Below are positions 1 to 9,641 of a DNA stretch of 64,000 nucleotides, one piece after another. The stretch lies in the IMG/VR virus record IMGVR_UViG_2690315932_000001, positions 7,616 to 71,615 of that record; one strand, written 5' to 3'. Under the pieces are notes generated by a model. The model ran no database searches, was not told the origin of the DNA, and saw only the letters and a program-made list of their open reading frames with translations. This DNA comes from a virus (lineage: Duplodnaviria > Caudoviricetes). A program made the position numbers and the translations under genes. Position 1 is the stretch's first letter. Each line of letters opens with the position of its first letter.

Positions 1-1
1 G

Positions 2-724
2 GGCACCCTCGGCGATGCCGAGGGAAGACTTCTCGCGCTTGCCGGCGAGACCGATTGCGAAGCCCGCGGCTTCGCGGAGGACCGTCTGGTCGACGATGCG
101 CTTGGCGCTCTCCAGGGCCAGCGAGACGACCGCGCCGTCCGCGCCGGGCACCTCGACGAAGTCGACCGAGTTGTAGGGCGCTTCGCTCATCGAGAGGAAG
201 CGCTCCACGATCGGCAGGCCGCGCGGCCCCTTGCGGGTGGTGACGATCGGATCACCGTTCTCGTCGCGCTTGGGCTGGCCCTTGTCGTCCAGCAGGTACT
301 CCTTCTCGAGCTCGACGGAGGCGGTGATCGAGGTTCCGATGACGTCGGCGAACTGGCGGATGAAGTCGCTCGCGTCACCTTCGGCGGCGACGGCGTCGGC
401 GTACATGCCGTCCGCTTCTTCGACGGGATCGGAGATCGTCTTGGCGAAGATCCGGCGGACGTCACCCCCGGCCTCGCACATGCTGTCGTGGTTCGCGCGC
501 ATCCGCGTCCCCGCGGGGTGCGACTGTGCGAGGTCTCGAACGATCACGGGGACGGGGTAGTCGGCGCTGGAGCCCTCGACGACCGTGGCGCCCGGCGCCC
601 AGCCCATGAGTCGAACTCGGAACTTCTGGCCCTCGCTGTCGGGCGTGACGGCGCGCGTGCCCTGACGGTATGCGCCCTCACGGACGACGACGCCGTTCTC
701 GGCGGCCGGGGCTTCGTTCTTCAC
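2..724 (-). CDS. Capsid maturation protease (3'-partial, runs off window)
   Basis: Manual translation from GTG 724: VKNEAPAAENG...RMRANHD...YNSVDFVEVPGADG; follows portal; TAGACT -10 8 nt upstream; not in ORF track because no stop in window. Confidence 0.75.
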   Translation of the reverse strand, partial: MKNEAPAAENGVVVREGAYRQGTRAVTPDSEGQKFRVRLMGWAPGATVVEGSSADYPVPVIVRDLAQSHPAGTRMRANHDSMCEAGGDVRRIFAKTISDPVEEADGMYADAVAAEGDASDFIRQFADVIGTSITASVELEKEYLLDDKGQPKRDENGDPIVTTRKGPRGLPIVERFLSMSEAPYNSVDFVEVPGADGAVVSLALESAKRIVDQTVLREAAGFAIGLAGKREKSSLGIAEGA

Positions 725-780
725 GGGCGCGGAGTCTAAGGACGGTGTCGAGGGAACATCGCTTCGATCGAGAATCTGTT

Positions 781-2307
781 TCAGTCCCGTCGGATGTCGT
801 TGCTGGCGTTCCCACCCTGCTGACCGCCCGTGCCGTTCGAGCGGCCCTGCGCGGGGGAGGCGACTGAGGTGTTGCCCGATGACGCCCCGGCGGCCGGCGC
901 GGGCTTCGGTGCAGCCTTGGCCATCGCCTTCGCGAGCAGGACGGAGGGGCGCTGATCTTCACTCGGGACGTTCGCGTGGGGGCGTCCGTAGATGTCGGCG
1001 ATGCGGTCGGCGAGCTGCTGGCGGGTGATGGTGTCCTGCTGGTAGTCGAGGATCGCGGCCTGGACGAGGCGGTAGACCTCCTCACCGGTGTCGAACGGGA
1101 CGAAGGAGACCGTGGCGTTGGGGGCGCCGAGCGCTGCAAGGACGCGCTTCTCAAAGGCGATGTGTTCGTCGCGGCGGGCTTGCATGGCGAGGCGTGTGGG
1201 CAGGTCGAGGGAGGAGATCGAGGCATAGCTGTCGTCGCCGGTGTCGCTGGTGAGGACAGTGGTGGGGATGTCGAGCGCGGTTGCGATGACGGCGAGCAGT
1301 GGGCGGAGGCTGTTGAACTCGTAGCCCTTCTGTGCGCCCTGGAGCACCTGGATATCGTTGGCCCCGCCGACGACCGCCATGCCGCCGGCCGTGTGGGCGG
1401 TGGCGTACTGCATGGCGACGTTGTCCGCCGCGGGCTTGTTCTTCGCGGTGGCCTTGAGGGCGAAGCGGGTGAGAGCTTCGGTGACCGATCGGCCGTCCAT
1501 GTAGGCGTCGCGGGCGATGCCGTTCCAGATCCATGCGGCGAGGGCGTCGGGCGTGCCGTAGGCGAGGCCCCCGACGGGGTTTGCGTGCTGGGCGAAGATG
1601 ACGTGCGTCTGGGCGACGGGGATCTTCTCGGACTTGTCCGCAGAGGTGACCGTCAGGGAGCGATTGTCCTTCGCGAGGTCGGTGAAGTACCACATCTTCA
1701 ACGGGAACGATTCGCCGGTTTCGAGGTTGACGTGCGTCCACTCGCGCAGGTAGGCCCAGACGACTCCGATGCCGTCTGGGTGCATCAGCTCGGACGTGAT
1801 CTGGCGGAGCGGGATGGCCTCGATCTTCTTGGTACGTTCGTCCAGAATCCAGAACGCGATGCCCTGCGTATAGAGGTTGTGCTCGCGCTTGCGCCGAGCG
1901 GCAGGGCCGAAGTAGTTCTCCTGGTTCTGCGGGTCGTCGACGTACTTCTGGATGTCAGGGACTCCCTGGCTGCCGCCGGCGGGGATGCCTCCGTGCTGGA
2001 TGCCGTCCTTGAGGATGAAGTTCGCGCGGACGCGGAAGCCGCGGCCGATCCAGGGTGCGCCGGGTACAGACTCTTCGAGCTTGCGGCCCCAGTCCTTGAG
2101 GTCTTGCAGGCGAAGGCCGAACTGGGAGTCGGCGCCGCGGTCGTAGAGCCGGACCCAGCCCTTGTCTTCGCGGGCGAGGATGCTCCGCATGCGGTCGTAT
2201 GACTCCGTCAGCACGGCGACGGCGCGGGCGCCTTCCTCCGTCCCGAGGGCGGAAGCCTCGGCGATGGCCTCGGAGATCTCGACGAGGACGGCGTTCTGGG
2301 CTGACAT
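781..2307 (-). CDS. Portal protein
   Basis: About 508 aa between TerL and protease; start moved to ATG 2307 (MSAQNA), 8 nt after TAGACT. Confidence 0.85.
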   Translation of the reverse strand: MSAQNAVLVEISEAIAEASALGTEEGARAVAVLTESYDRMRSILAREDKGWVRLYDRGADSQFGLRLQDLKDWGRKLEESVPGAPWIGRGFRVRANFILKDGIQHGGIPAGGSQGVPDIQKYVDDPQNQENYFGPAARRKREHNLYTQGIAFWILDERTKKIEAIPLRQITSELMHPDGIGVVWAYLREWTHVNLETGESFPLKMWYFTDLAKDNRSLTVTSADKSEKIPVAQTHVIFAQHANPVGGLAYGTPDALAAWIWNGIARDAYMDGRSVTEALTRFALKATAKNKPAADNVAMQYATAHTAGGMAVVGGANDIQVLQGAQKGYEFNSLRPLLAVIATALDIPTTVLTSDTGDDSYASISSLDLPTRLAMQARRDEHIAFEKRVLAALGAPNATVSFVPFDTGEEVYRLVQAAILDYQQDTITRQQLADRIADIYGRPHANVPSEDQRPSVLLAKAMAKAAPKPAPAAGASSGNTSVASPAQGRSNGTGGQQGGNASNDIRRD

Positions 2308-2346
2308 GGCGGCGGAGTCTACGGCGCGCTTAGCACGCAAACGCGT

Positions 2347-4071
2347 TCAAAGGGGGTAGGTGTCGCTGTCTCGGCGGTAGCGTTCGGCGACGAAGTCTGT
2401 TGGGTCGAGGAGGATGGCCTGTCCGGGTTCGAGCTGGCTGGTGGGATCGTCCTCCGGCGGGTTGACGACCTCGAGCGTGGCGTACATGCACGCGTCCGCA
2501 CGGTCGGGTGACCCTCCCAGGAGGGTCTTCATGTCGGCCTTCGGGTCGATTTTGATCGCTCCATCGAGGAGCTTGTAGGTGATGAGCATCAGCTCGTCAC
2601 GGAGCTGCGTGTCGGCCGGATCGAGGTCGACCTTGCCGTCCTTCATGAGGGTGTTCAGGTGGTCGTGAACCTCGTCGCGCCACTTCTTCCATCGGGTCTT
2701 GTCGCTGGAGCGGCGGGCGCCCTTGACGCTGACGACGTTGTAGTGCTTGCGGTCCTCGGCGAACTCCGGGAGGCGCATGAGGTCGGTGGTGACGCCTTCA
2801 CCAACCGCCGTACCGTCGACGCGCACTTCGCGGGCGTTGGTGTATCGAGCGATCGCGTTGATGCGGCGGGCCGCGGTGAGGGTGTCCTCCTTGGTCCAGA
2901 CGCCCGTGGTCTCACGCTGCTCTTCGCCGTCCATGTAGGAGATCGTCTTGGCGAAGAGTCGGACGTGCCCGCCGTGGTTGACGTAGACGACCGACTCGTC
3001 CTCACCGGTGGTGGCGATGTCGCAGCCGAGGACTGGTCGGATGGAGTCGTCGAGTTCGATCTGGGTCTCGTGGGCGCGCTGGATCTCTTCCTCGGCGAAG
3101 AAGGTGTTGTCGGCGTCGCCGGGGAATTCGCCGAGGACTTTCGCTCGGAATCGACCATTGGGGGTGCCGCCTATGCGGCGGTTGTACTGGTCGTCGTCGG
3201 GGTGCAGGTCGTCCGGCACGATGTCGCCGCCGGTCATCCACGATCGCTCCTTGTGGGCGATCCAGTGGCGAGAGGTGAGCCCCTGGAGCATGCGCTGTTG
3301 CATCGCTGGGTCGTCCGGGTAGACGATTTCGCCGGTCATCGTCGGCAGGTCGTACGCCGAGATCGTGTGCAGGTTCCAGTCGGCGCCGAGGTCGGTGTTG
3401 AACAGGTTGAAGAACATCGTTCCGCGGCGGTCGGGGTTCCCGATGCCGACGATGCGCGACTCCTGACCGGTGACGACGGCCTCGGCCGCGGTCAGCAGGT
3501 CATCCGGTAGACCACCCATCTCGTCGAGGCCGACGAGCGTGCGCCGCTTTCGCGTGCCCTGGAAGGAGGAGACGATGTCCTGGTCGGCTGGGCGCTTGCC
3601 GATGACGACCGCTTCCTTACCGGACCCATCGGGCTTCTGGTAGTTCCACTCCAGCGTTTCGGAGATCCACCCGAGGGGGCGCGCACCCTGTTTGGCCTTG
3701 GCTCGGGAGGCCATGTAGCCCCAGGAGTCTTTGAGGTACTTGAAGATGACCGTCTGGATCTGCAGGCGTCCGTTCGCGGATGCCAGGGCGAGAGATTCCT
3801 CCGGTGGCCACGCGCACACCCACCACACGATGAGGTCGGCGACGGTGAGCGATTTGCCGCAACCGTTCGCGCTCTTGATCGCGTTACGAATGCGTCCGGT
3901 GGTCGGAGTGGCGCACTCGACCATGATCTCGGCCATCTTCTCGTAGTAGCGCCGGCCGAGGACGTCGCTGGCCCACGCGAGGTAGTCGCGCTGGTAGATG
4001 GCCTTGCGCGAGCGTTCCCGGATCTCGTCCATCGCGGCATCGAAGACGGCGCCGTCGAGGAGCATGGTCAC
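2347..4071 (-). CDS. terL: Terminase large subunit
   Basis: Walker A SANGCGKS, Walker B VGLDE, coupling motif IGNP, nuclease GCDIA and DRADA; GTG overlaps upstream stop. Confidence 0.92.
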   Translation of the reverse strand: MTMLLDGAVFDAAMDEIRERSRKAIYQRDYLAWASDVLGRRYYEKMAEIMVECATPTTGRIRNAIKSANGCGKSLTVADLIVWWVCAWPPEESLALASANGRLQIQTVIFKYLKDSWGYMASRAKAKQGARPLGWISETLEWNYQKPDGSGKEAVVIGKRPADQDIVSSFQGTRKRRTLVGLDEMGGLPDDLLTAAEAVVTGQESRIVGIGNPDRRGTMFFNLFNTDLGADWNLHTISAYDLPTMTGEIVYPDDPAMQQRMLQGLTSRHWIAHKERSWMTGGDIVPDDLHPDDDQYNRRIGGTPNGRFRAKVLGEFPGDADNTFFAEEEIQRAHETQIELDDSIRPVLGCDIATTGEDESVVYVNHGGHVRLFAKTISYMDGEEQRETTGVWTKEDTLTAARRINAIARYTNAREVRVDGTAVGEGVTTDLMRLPEFAEDRKHYNVVSVKGARRSSDKTRWKKWRDEVHDHLNTLMKDGKVDLDPADTQLRDELMLITYKLLDGAIKIDPKADMKTLLGGSPDRADACMYATLEVVNPPEDDPTSQLEPGQAILLDPTDFVAERYRRDSDTYPL

Positions 4072-4574
4072 GAGTCGACCTGCTTCGCGGCGATCGCCTG
4101 GCGCGCGCTGAGCATGGCGTCCTCGACGAGGAGGTCCCATCGTTGCGCGTCGATCTCGGCGGAAAGGGCGCCCTTCATGTATGCGAGGGCATGGATCACG
4201 ACCTCGCCGAGTGTGCGACCCACGTTCGCGTTGTAGGTCTCGAGTTGCTGGCTGGTGACCGCCTGGCGCTTGTCGAGGCGGTCGAGGAGGACGTTGGCGT
4301 ATTGGAGCTGGAGCTTGGCGTTGTCGGCGTTGAGCTCCTCGCCGCGCATCGCCATGAGGTTCATGTGGAGGATGCGGATGAGGGCCCGCTCCTTCTGGAC
4401 GTCCGTGAGCCAGTCGCCGGCGGTGAGGAGATCGTTGACGCGCTGACGGACGCGGGCGGGGGTGACGGCGCCGCCGAGTCGGCGGGAGATCTCTTCGGCG
4501 CTGATCTCCATCGCCGCCAGCTCGATGAGCTGGTCGTCCACGGACTTGCCGCGGGCCATGGGGATCTCGTTCAC
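4068..4574 (-). CDS. Terminase small subunit (probable)
   Basis: N-terminal HTH-like segment, helical, coupled to TerL; leaderless GTG 4574. Confidence 0.65.
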   Translation of the reverse strand: MNEIPMARGKSVDDQLIELAAMEISAEEISRRLGGAVTPARVRQRVNDLLTAGDWLTDVQKERALIRILHMNLMAMRGEELNADNAKLQLQYANVLLDRLDKRQAVTSQQLETYNANVGRTLGEVVIHALAYMKGALSAEIDAQRWDLLVEDAMLSARQAIAAKQVDS

Positions 4575-4596
4575 GGCGGGGGAGTCTAGGGCACCG

Positions 4597-5271
4597 CTAT
4601 GCCGCCGAAGCGTAGCTCCCGCAGTCAATGAGGGGCGCTGGTGGATCGTCCAAAATCTTCGTGCCCTTGCTCAGGTTGCAAGCGGCGCAAGCGGGCGTCA
4701 GATTGCTCACGCAATGCAGCCCGCCCGAGTTCAACGGGTGAACGTGGTCGATGTGCTGCGCGAAGTCGCCACAGTATGTACACCTCCCGTGCGCCCGGCG
4801 AAGTAGCTCATCCACCGCCGCGGTGTTCACGCAGCCGTGGTCGGCTCCGCGGCGTCGCGCGCGGCGCTTGGCGTTCCGAGCCGAGACCATCGCTTTCGCG
4901 CGCGCGGTCGCCGAGTAGCCTGCCCAGTACACGCGGGTATGCGCCGCGTGGGCGTCCTTGCATGGCCGGCACTTGCATCCCAATGTGTAGCGAGCCTCGC
5001 TACCGTGCTCGGGAGGGCGCCGCGGTCGATTCACGCGCAGGGGCGAGCGCCGTGCGGCAACCCGCTTACGCTCCCGGTAGACATCCAATCGGTCTGAGTT
5101 GGCGGCTATCCACACTGTCCGCAATTGGACTCGCCGCGCGCGCTGCGCTTCGGTTGCGCGCTCCCGACGAGCGCGGCCACGGTCGCTCTCCCACTGTTTG
5201 CACGATGCACATCGGCAACGTCGCTTCTGGTAGCCAGTGCGCGTGCCGTGACTGAATGGTTGTTCCCCCAC
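4597..5271 (-). CDS. HNH endonuclease, terminase-adjacent
   Basis: CTYC...HIDHVHP..GG.H..SNL..CAACN; two N-terminal HG-x4-Y-x3-C-x-C-x2-C repeats. Confidence 0.88.
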   Translation of the reverse strand: MGEQPFSHGTRTGYQKRRCRCASCKQWESDRGRARRERATEAQRARRVQLRTVWIAANSDRLDVYRERKRVAARRSPLRVNRPRRPPEHGSEARYTLGCKCRPCKDAHAAHTRVYWAGYSATARAKAMVSARNAKRRARRRGADHGCVNTAAVDELLRRAHGRCTYCGDFAQHIDHVHPLNSGGLHCVSNLTPACAACNLSKGTKILDDPPAPLIDCGSYASAA

Positions 5272-5323
5272 GGTTTCACCGTAACCGCGTCACTGTGGCA
5301 AAACTGCTTCCACTGAAACGACA

Positions 5324-5361
5324 AACCCCCTCCCGGGCGAGTGCCGGATCAGGAGGGGGTT
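5324..5361 (-). terminator. Intrinsic terminator after DGQHR gene
   Basis: AACCCCCTCC / GGAGGGGGTT stem followed by T-rich tail on minus strand. Confidence 0.7.
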
Positions 5362-5376
5362 CGTTCGCGGTGCTAA

Positions 5377-6789
5377 CTACTTCGCGTTGAGTCGGTCCTT
5401 CGACTCCTGCGCGACCTCGGCGTTCTCTCGCTCCAGCTCCAGCTCGAGCTGCTTGGTGGAGTGCGAGGGCGCGAAGTCGATCCCTTCGTCAGGGTCTTCC
5501 TCGGCCACGGGCGCGGGCTCGGGGGCGGAGTAGACGAACGGGGCGCGGGTGATCGCCCAGTCGGTGATGAGGTTCATCAGCTCGACCGAGTCGGCCCGGC
5601 GGCCGGAGGGGCCGACGCCGTTGAGGTTGAACAGGTGGTCGGGTGCGTGCCGCTTCCAGATGGAGTTGGCGTGCGCTCGCCCGGAGGCGTGGGGGCCGAG
5701 AGCTGCGAAGAACTCCTCGACCTGCTTCGTCGACCACTTCCGATCCTTGCGGAGTTCGTAGTAGACCCCCGCGAGGATGCGGATGAACGTCTGCCCGCCC
5801 AGGAGCATCGTGTCTCGCATCTGGCCGGCGGTGATCTGGCTGTGGAGCAGCGCGTTCACCGGCGGCATCGTCTTCACCAGGAGGTCGAAGAACTCGTTGG
5901 TTTCGCGGGCGATCGCGGCCTCCTCGCCCTTCCATGCCTCGTTGTCCTTGCGGGATACGCGCCCCTCGAAGCCCTTCCGCATCGTGCGGATGATCTCGAC
6001 GACCTTCGAGGCGGGGATCCAGAACGGGCTGTTCTTCTGGACGCGGTCCTTGTCCAGATCCACCCGGTTGAGCAGGAGCGGGTGCTCGAGCACCATCGGG
6101 AGCGCACGGTTGACGATCTTGCGGCTGTCGAAGCGCGCGCGAGTCGACGCGGTGATGCCCAGGGCGTTCTCGGCGATGTCGAAGAACATCTGCTTGGCTT
6201 CGTCGATGTCGTCGGTGACCTGGATCTCAACGGCCACCCGCTGGTTGTAGAAGCGATCGCGAGCACGCTCGAGCCGGTCGATCTCCTTCTGCGCGTCCAA
6301 CTCGGCCCGCTTGTCGTCGGGCATCGTGCGCCGCACGGTCGCCTTGTAGGAGCGGGCCTTCTCGATGTCGGCATCGAGCTTGTCCAGCGCCATGAAGAAC
6401 CCGAGGATGCGGTGCTGCCCGTCGAGGATGTGGATGTCGCCCTGGCGTCGCTTCGGGTACGACATCACGCCGAAGGCTGCGGAGGGGATCTCCTGCATCG
6501 GCTCGAAGTGGAACATGTTGACCGCGCGCAAGATGATGCCGGGGATGACCCAGCTCTCGTTCTCGATGAAGTAGCGCGCAAACGCTTCGGCGTGCGACGC
6601 GTTGATGCGACGGTTTCCCTCGGTGGGAACAGCCGGATCGGGGCGCGGCACGAGGCCCACAAGCTCGCCAGGCGTGGAGGCGAGGCCGTAGACCGAGCGC
6701 GTTCCCTGCTGATACTTGGTGGCAAAGAACTGTTGATCTGTCTGATAGGCCGACGGCGTGAATGTCGACGGCTGGACCTGGATGTCCAT
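5377..6789 (-). CDS. DGQHR-domain (DndB-like, ParB/Srx superfamily) protein
   Basis: GNRRI..HA, IPGII, ILDGQHR, AKQMFFDI motifs; SD GAAAGGA before ATG 6789. Confidence 0.85.
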   Translation of the reverse strand: MDIQVQPSTFTPSAYQTDQQFFATKYQQGTRSVYGLASTPGELVGLVPRPDPAVPTEGNRRINASHAEAFARYFIENESWVIPGIILRAVNMFHFEPMQEIPSAAFGVMSYPKRRQGDIHILDGQHRILGFFMALDKLDADIEKARSYKATVRRTMPDDKRAELDAQKEIDRLERARDRFYNQRVAVEIQVTDDIDEAKQMFFDIAENALGITASTRARFDSRKIVNRALPMVLEHPLLLNRVDLDKDRVQKNSPFWIPASKVVEIIRTMRKGFEGRVSRKDNEAWKGEEAAIARETNEFFDLLVKTMPPVNALLHSQITAGQMRDTMLLGGQTFIRILAGVYYELRKDRKWSTKQVEEFFAALGPHASGRAHANSIWKRHAPDHLFNLNGVGPSGRRADSVELMNLITDWAITRAPFVYSAPEPAPVAEEDPDEGIDFAPSHSTKQLELELERENAEVAQESKDRLNAK

Positions 6790-6949
6790 CGTGTCCTTTC
6801 CATACAAAGCGCCCGCTCCCGCCGGTCCGGGAGACGTTTCGCTATGTCGGAAGCATAGTCTAAAGTCGCAAGCCGGGGGGAAGTGGGCGTCCCGAAACCG
6901 CCTGCCGCCTCCCGTTCACCCGAAAATGAACAGGAAGGGTCGCGCGGTA

Positions 6950-7204
6950 ATGACCACGCGTGTACGTGACGTCGACGGAGCCAGGGAAATCCAGCTCGAC
7001 GCCACTTCAAGGGACGGCAGTGTATTCATCTCGGGGAAGGGCTTCTGCCTGGAGTTCGATCGAGGCATCCTCGAGCAGGCTCTTCGGAAGGAGCTTGGGC
7101 TCGACGTCGTGATTTCGATCGGCGATCTTCTGGGGGACGGCGTTGTTACTCCGACCGACGTAGTCGATCTCGCTCCACCGGCACAAGGCAGCCTGCGCGT
7201 GTGA
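6950..7204 (+). CDS. Hypothetical protein divergent from DGQHR gene
   Basis: MTTRVRDVDG..., purine-rich AGGAAGG upstream; protein-like composition; 3' end overlaps minus-strand ORF. Confidence 0.5.
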   Translation: MTTRVRDVDGAREIQLDATSRDGSVFISGKGFCLEFDRGILEQALRKELGLDVVISIGDLLGDGVVTPTDVVDLAPPAQGSLRV

Positions 7205-7301
7205 GGACGGAGGCGGCCGCCCCGCCGTGATCCTCCTGGACCACGACGGGAACGACCGACTCGACCATGACGCGCTCGCCCGTGGCGAACGCTGCGCTCA
7301 T
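7146..7301 (-). CDS. Hypothetical protein
   Basis: ATGA-coupled to upstream gene. Confidence 0.45.
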   Translation of the reverse strand: MSAAFATGERVMVESVVPVVVQEDHGGAAASVLTRAGCLVPVERDRLRRSE

Positions 7302-7597
7302 GCGGCCACGTCGCCCTTCTCGGCAGCCATCTCGGGGGAGAACAGGTAGTCGAGGCGCTCGCCCTTCCCGTCCCAGTTCTCGAGCTGGCCCTTGTTGGCC
7401 TGCGAGGCGAGATGTGCGACTTCGGGGTAGGTGCCTTCGCGTTCCGCGAACCCGGGCGGGATGTCGGGGAGGGCGGCGAATCGCTCGGGGTCTCGGATGA
7501 GTTCCCGCTTGCCCGTGAGGGGCGAGCGGCCCCACTTCGCGCCCCGCTTCTGCGCTACCAGGCGGAAGCGGGGCGGGGCGTCGATCGCGGCGCTCAC
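7298..7597 (-). CDS. Hypothetical protein
   Basis: GTGA-coupled chain. Confidence 0.6.
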   Translation of the reverse strand: MSAAIDAPPRFRLVAQKRGAKWGRSPLTGKRELIRDPERFAALPDIPPGFAEREGTYPEVAHLASQANKGQLENWDGKGERLDYLFSPEMAAEKGDVAA

Positions 7598-7809
7598 GCG
7601 GCCGGCTCCAGCATGATCGCGCGGTCGTTGCGCCTCGACGCCTCGAGGGCGTTCTCGATCTCGTCCCGGTTGAACCAGGCCTGGATGAGGACGTCCTGCG
7701 ATCCGCGCTGCGTGCGCGCGGTGACGTGGACCTGCTCGGGGTCGCCGCCGGGCTGCGCGCCGGCGAGAAGCAGAGTGACCTGGCCTCCGTCGGAGGAGAT
7801 GGCGGTCAC
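7594..7809 (-). CDS. Hypothetical protein
   Basis: Coupled chain. Confidence 0.6.
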   Translation of the reverse strand: MTAISSDGGQVTLLLAGAQPGGDPEQVHVTARTQRGSQDVLIQAWFNRDEIENALEASRRNDRAIMLEPAA

Positions 7810-8138
7810 TCGCTGTCCTCGCCGGTCGCATCAGGGGTGAACGCGGCGACGCGGAGCGAGCGTCGCACGCGGCCGCGCGTCAGCATGCGCACGACACCGT
7901 CGGAGTGGATCGAGATCTCCGCGATGTCCTTGCGGTGGACGCTGCGCTCGTGCTCGACGGCGTCGAGGAGGATCTCGACGGCTTTCGCCACCGTGGGGCG
8001 GATGGACTCTTCGAGCTCGGCGTCCAGGGTGGCCAGCGCGTCGGCCGCCGGCTGCGTGTCGATGATCGTCTCGGTCTCGGGCGCCGCGGCGGGCTTCTGC
8101 TCGTCGGCGGGCTTCGGGGTGGTGGTGTTGTCGCTCAT
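7806..8138 (-). CDS. Hypothetical protein
   Basis: SD AAGGAG; coupled chain. Confidence 0.65.
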   Translation of the reverse strand: MSDNTTTPKPADEQKPAAAPETETIIDTQPAADALATLDAELEESIRPTVAKAVEILLDAVEHERSVHRKDIAEISIHSDGVVRMLTRGRVRRSLRVAAFTPDATGEDSE

Positions 8139-8162
8139 GGCGTCTCTCCTTGTTGTGGATGG

Positions 8163-8420
8163 TTATCGGTGGCTCAGGGGGATGAGTTCGAGGAACTCAT
8201 CGGCGGGAAAGTCTTCGGGCCAGCGCGTCCAGATCCGCTCGTAGCGGCGGTCGGCGAGGCGTGGCGGGAGGAGGGAGGCGTGGACGGTGTTGCGTGCCAA
8301 TCGCCAGTAGCCCTCGTGGTTGAGGTTGTCGACCGATACCTCGGCGGGGTCGATGCCCCACTTGTGCAGGAGCATCTGCGCTCTCGCGGCGGTGCGTTCC
8401 CGTGTTGCGGGGAGGGTCAT
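8163..8420 (-). CDS. Hypothetical protein
   Basis: MTLPATRE..., ATGA overlap. Confidence 0.6.
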   Translation of the reverse strand: MTLPATRERTAARAQMLLHKWGIDPAEVSVDNLNHEGYWRLARNTVHASLLPPRLADRRYERIWTRWPEDFPADEFLELIPLSHR

Positions 8421-9154
8421 GCTGCGTCCTCGCTTCTCTGTTGTCGTGGCCAGTGGGGGTTGACGATCGCTGCGGGCTCGCCGCCTTTGGTGCGGAGCCA
8501 CTCCTGCAGGGAATGGGCCTGCTCGACCTTCCAGTCGATCGACGCGAGGTGGACCTGGCGGGGAGTTATGCCGCGCAGTCGCTTGCGTCGGAACTGGGCC
8601 TGCACGATGCGGGCTGCGGCCACGGCGTCGGCCTGTGCGCCGTGCGCGTCCTCCTCCGAGAGCTGCACGCGATAGTGGGCGGCGGTGAACTGCAGCTTGC
8701 GAGAACCTTTCCGGTACCGGTCGATCGCCTTGTCGATTACGTAGCCGTCCAGCACCGTGATCCCCGATGGGGTCGTTTGCGTGCAAAATGCGAGCGGGCG
8801 AACCCAGGGCGTCACGCGTCGGCGCTCCGCCTCGAGGAGGGTCAGGTCGTACTGCAGGTTGTAGCCGGCGAGCGGCCGCCCGGAGGCCAGGCACTCCGCC
8901 TCGATGATCGCGTGGAGCTGGGCGATCATTTCGGCCGGGGTGCCCGTGGCCTCCGAGCGGGCGCGCTCGGTGGTGAAGCCGTGGATCGACGCCGCCTCCG
9001 CAGGGATGGGGATCCCCGGGTCAACAACCCAGTCCATGCCGTACGCGAGATCCCCGTTTGCATGCAGGACGCCCAGGTAGGCGGTCACGATGCGCGCGGT
9101 CAGGGGGTCGGCACTGGTGGATTCCAGGTCGAATGCGAGGGGCTCGATCCTCAT
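8417..9154 (-). CDS. DnaQ-like DEDDh 3'-5' exonuclease
   Basis: FDLEST, IHG, GYNLQYD, HGAQADA motifs. Confidence 0.9.
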   Translation of the reverse strand: MRIEPLAFDLESTSADPLTARIVTAYLGVLHANGDLAYGMDWVVDPGIPIPAEAASIHGFTTERARSEATGTPAEMIAQLHAIIEAECLASGRPLAGYNLQYDLTLLEAERRRVTPWVRPLAFCTQTTPSGITVLDGYVIDKAIDRYRKGSRKLQFTAAHYRVQLSEEDAHGAQADAVAAARIVQAQFRRKRLRGITPRQVHLASIDWKVEQAHSLQEWLRTKGGEPAAIVNPHWPRQQRSEDAA

Positions 9155-9157
9155 GGG

Positions 9158-9382
9158 CTACCCCTCGTGCTTCGGATGCCACGCCGCGGCAGCGGGCGCG
9201 ACGGCGAGCGTGGTGTCGTCGAACAGCATGGATTCCATCTCACCACGCTGGTTCGGCGACCAACGCTTCCCGGTGCCCTCGTCCAGAAGGTTCTGGACCG
9301 CGGCGACTTCGCCGGGCGTGTGCGGCCGCGGCGGTGCGCCCAGCGCCTCGACGAGGCTGTGGTCGCTGGTCACCGGGCTCAC
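9158..9382 (-). CDS. Hypothetical protein
   Basis: Coupled chain. Confidence 0.5.
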   Translation of the reverse strand: MSPVTSDHSLVEALGAPPRPHTPGEVAAVQNLLDEGTGKRWSPNQRGEMESMLFDDTTLAVAPAAAAWHPKHEG

Positions 9383-9639
9383 TCGGGATCCTCCGCCGCA
9401 CCGACCGGAGCCAGCGATTCCAGCAGCCCGGGAGAGAAGTGCTGGGCGACCAGGGTCAGGGCGATGCCGCCCACCTGGGTTGCCAGCAGCATCACCGCGT
9501 GATCCTCGTTCGCATTCATGGCCGGGAAGCCGGCCTCGATGGGGACGAACTCGCGGTAGGTCTCGCCGTCGACCGTGATGCTCACCTCCACGGAGCGCTG
9601 CGCGAGCGCGGCCTCGAGGACGTCGATGTCGTCGGTCAC
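9379..9639 (-). CDS. Hypothetical protein
   Basis: ORF in operon. Confidence 0.55.
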   Translation of the reverse strand: MTDDIDVLEAALAQRSVEVSITVDGETYREFVPIEAGFPAMNANEDHAVMLLATQVGGIALTLVAQHFSPGLLESLAPVGAAEDPE

Positions 9640-9641
9640 GG

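Noticed and set aside
2308-2340. Longer upstream starts in the ORF track (portal 2340, TerS 4628, TerL 4140, and others)
   Set aside because: They run through promoter motifs or upstream genes; downstream starts fit leaderless or coupled initiation better.
5377-6789. Complete phosphorothioation or 7-deazaguanine modification system
   Set aside because: Only the DGQHR gene is present; no dndA/C/D/E, dpdA or que genes seen.
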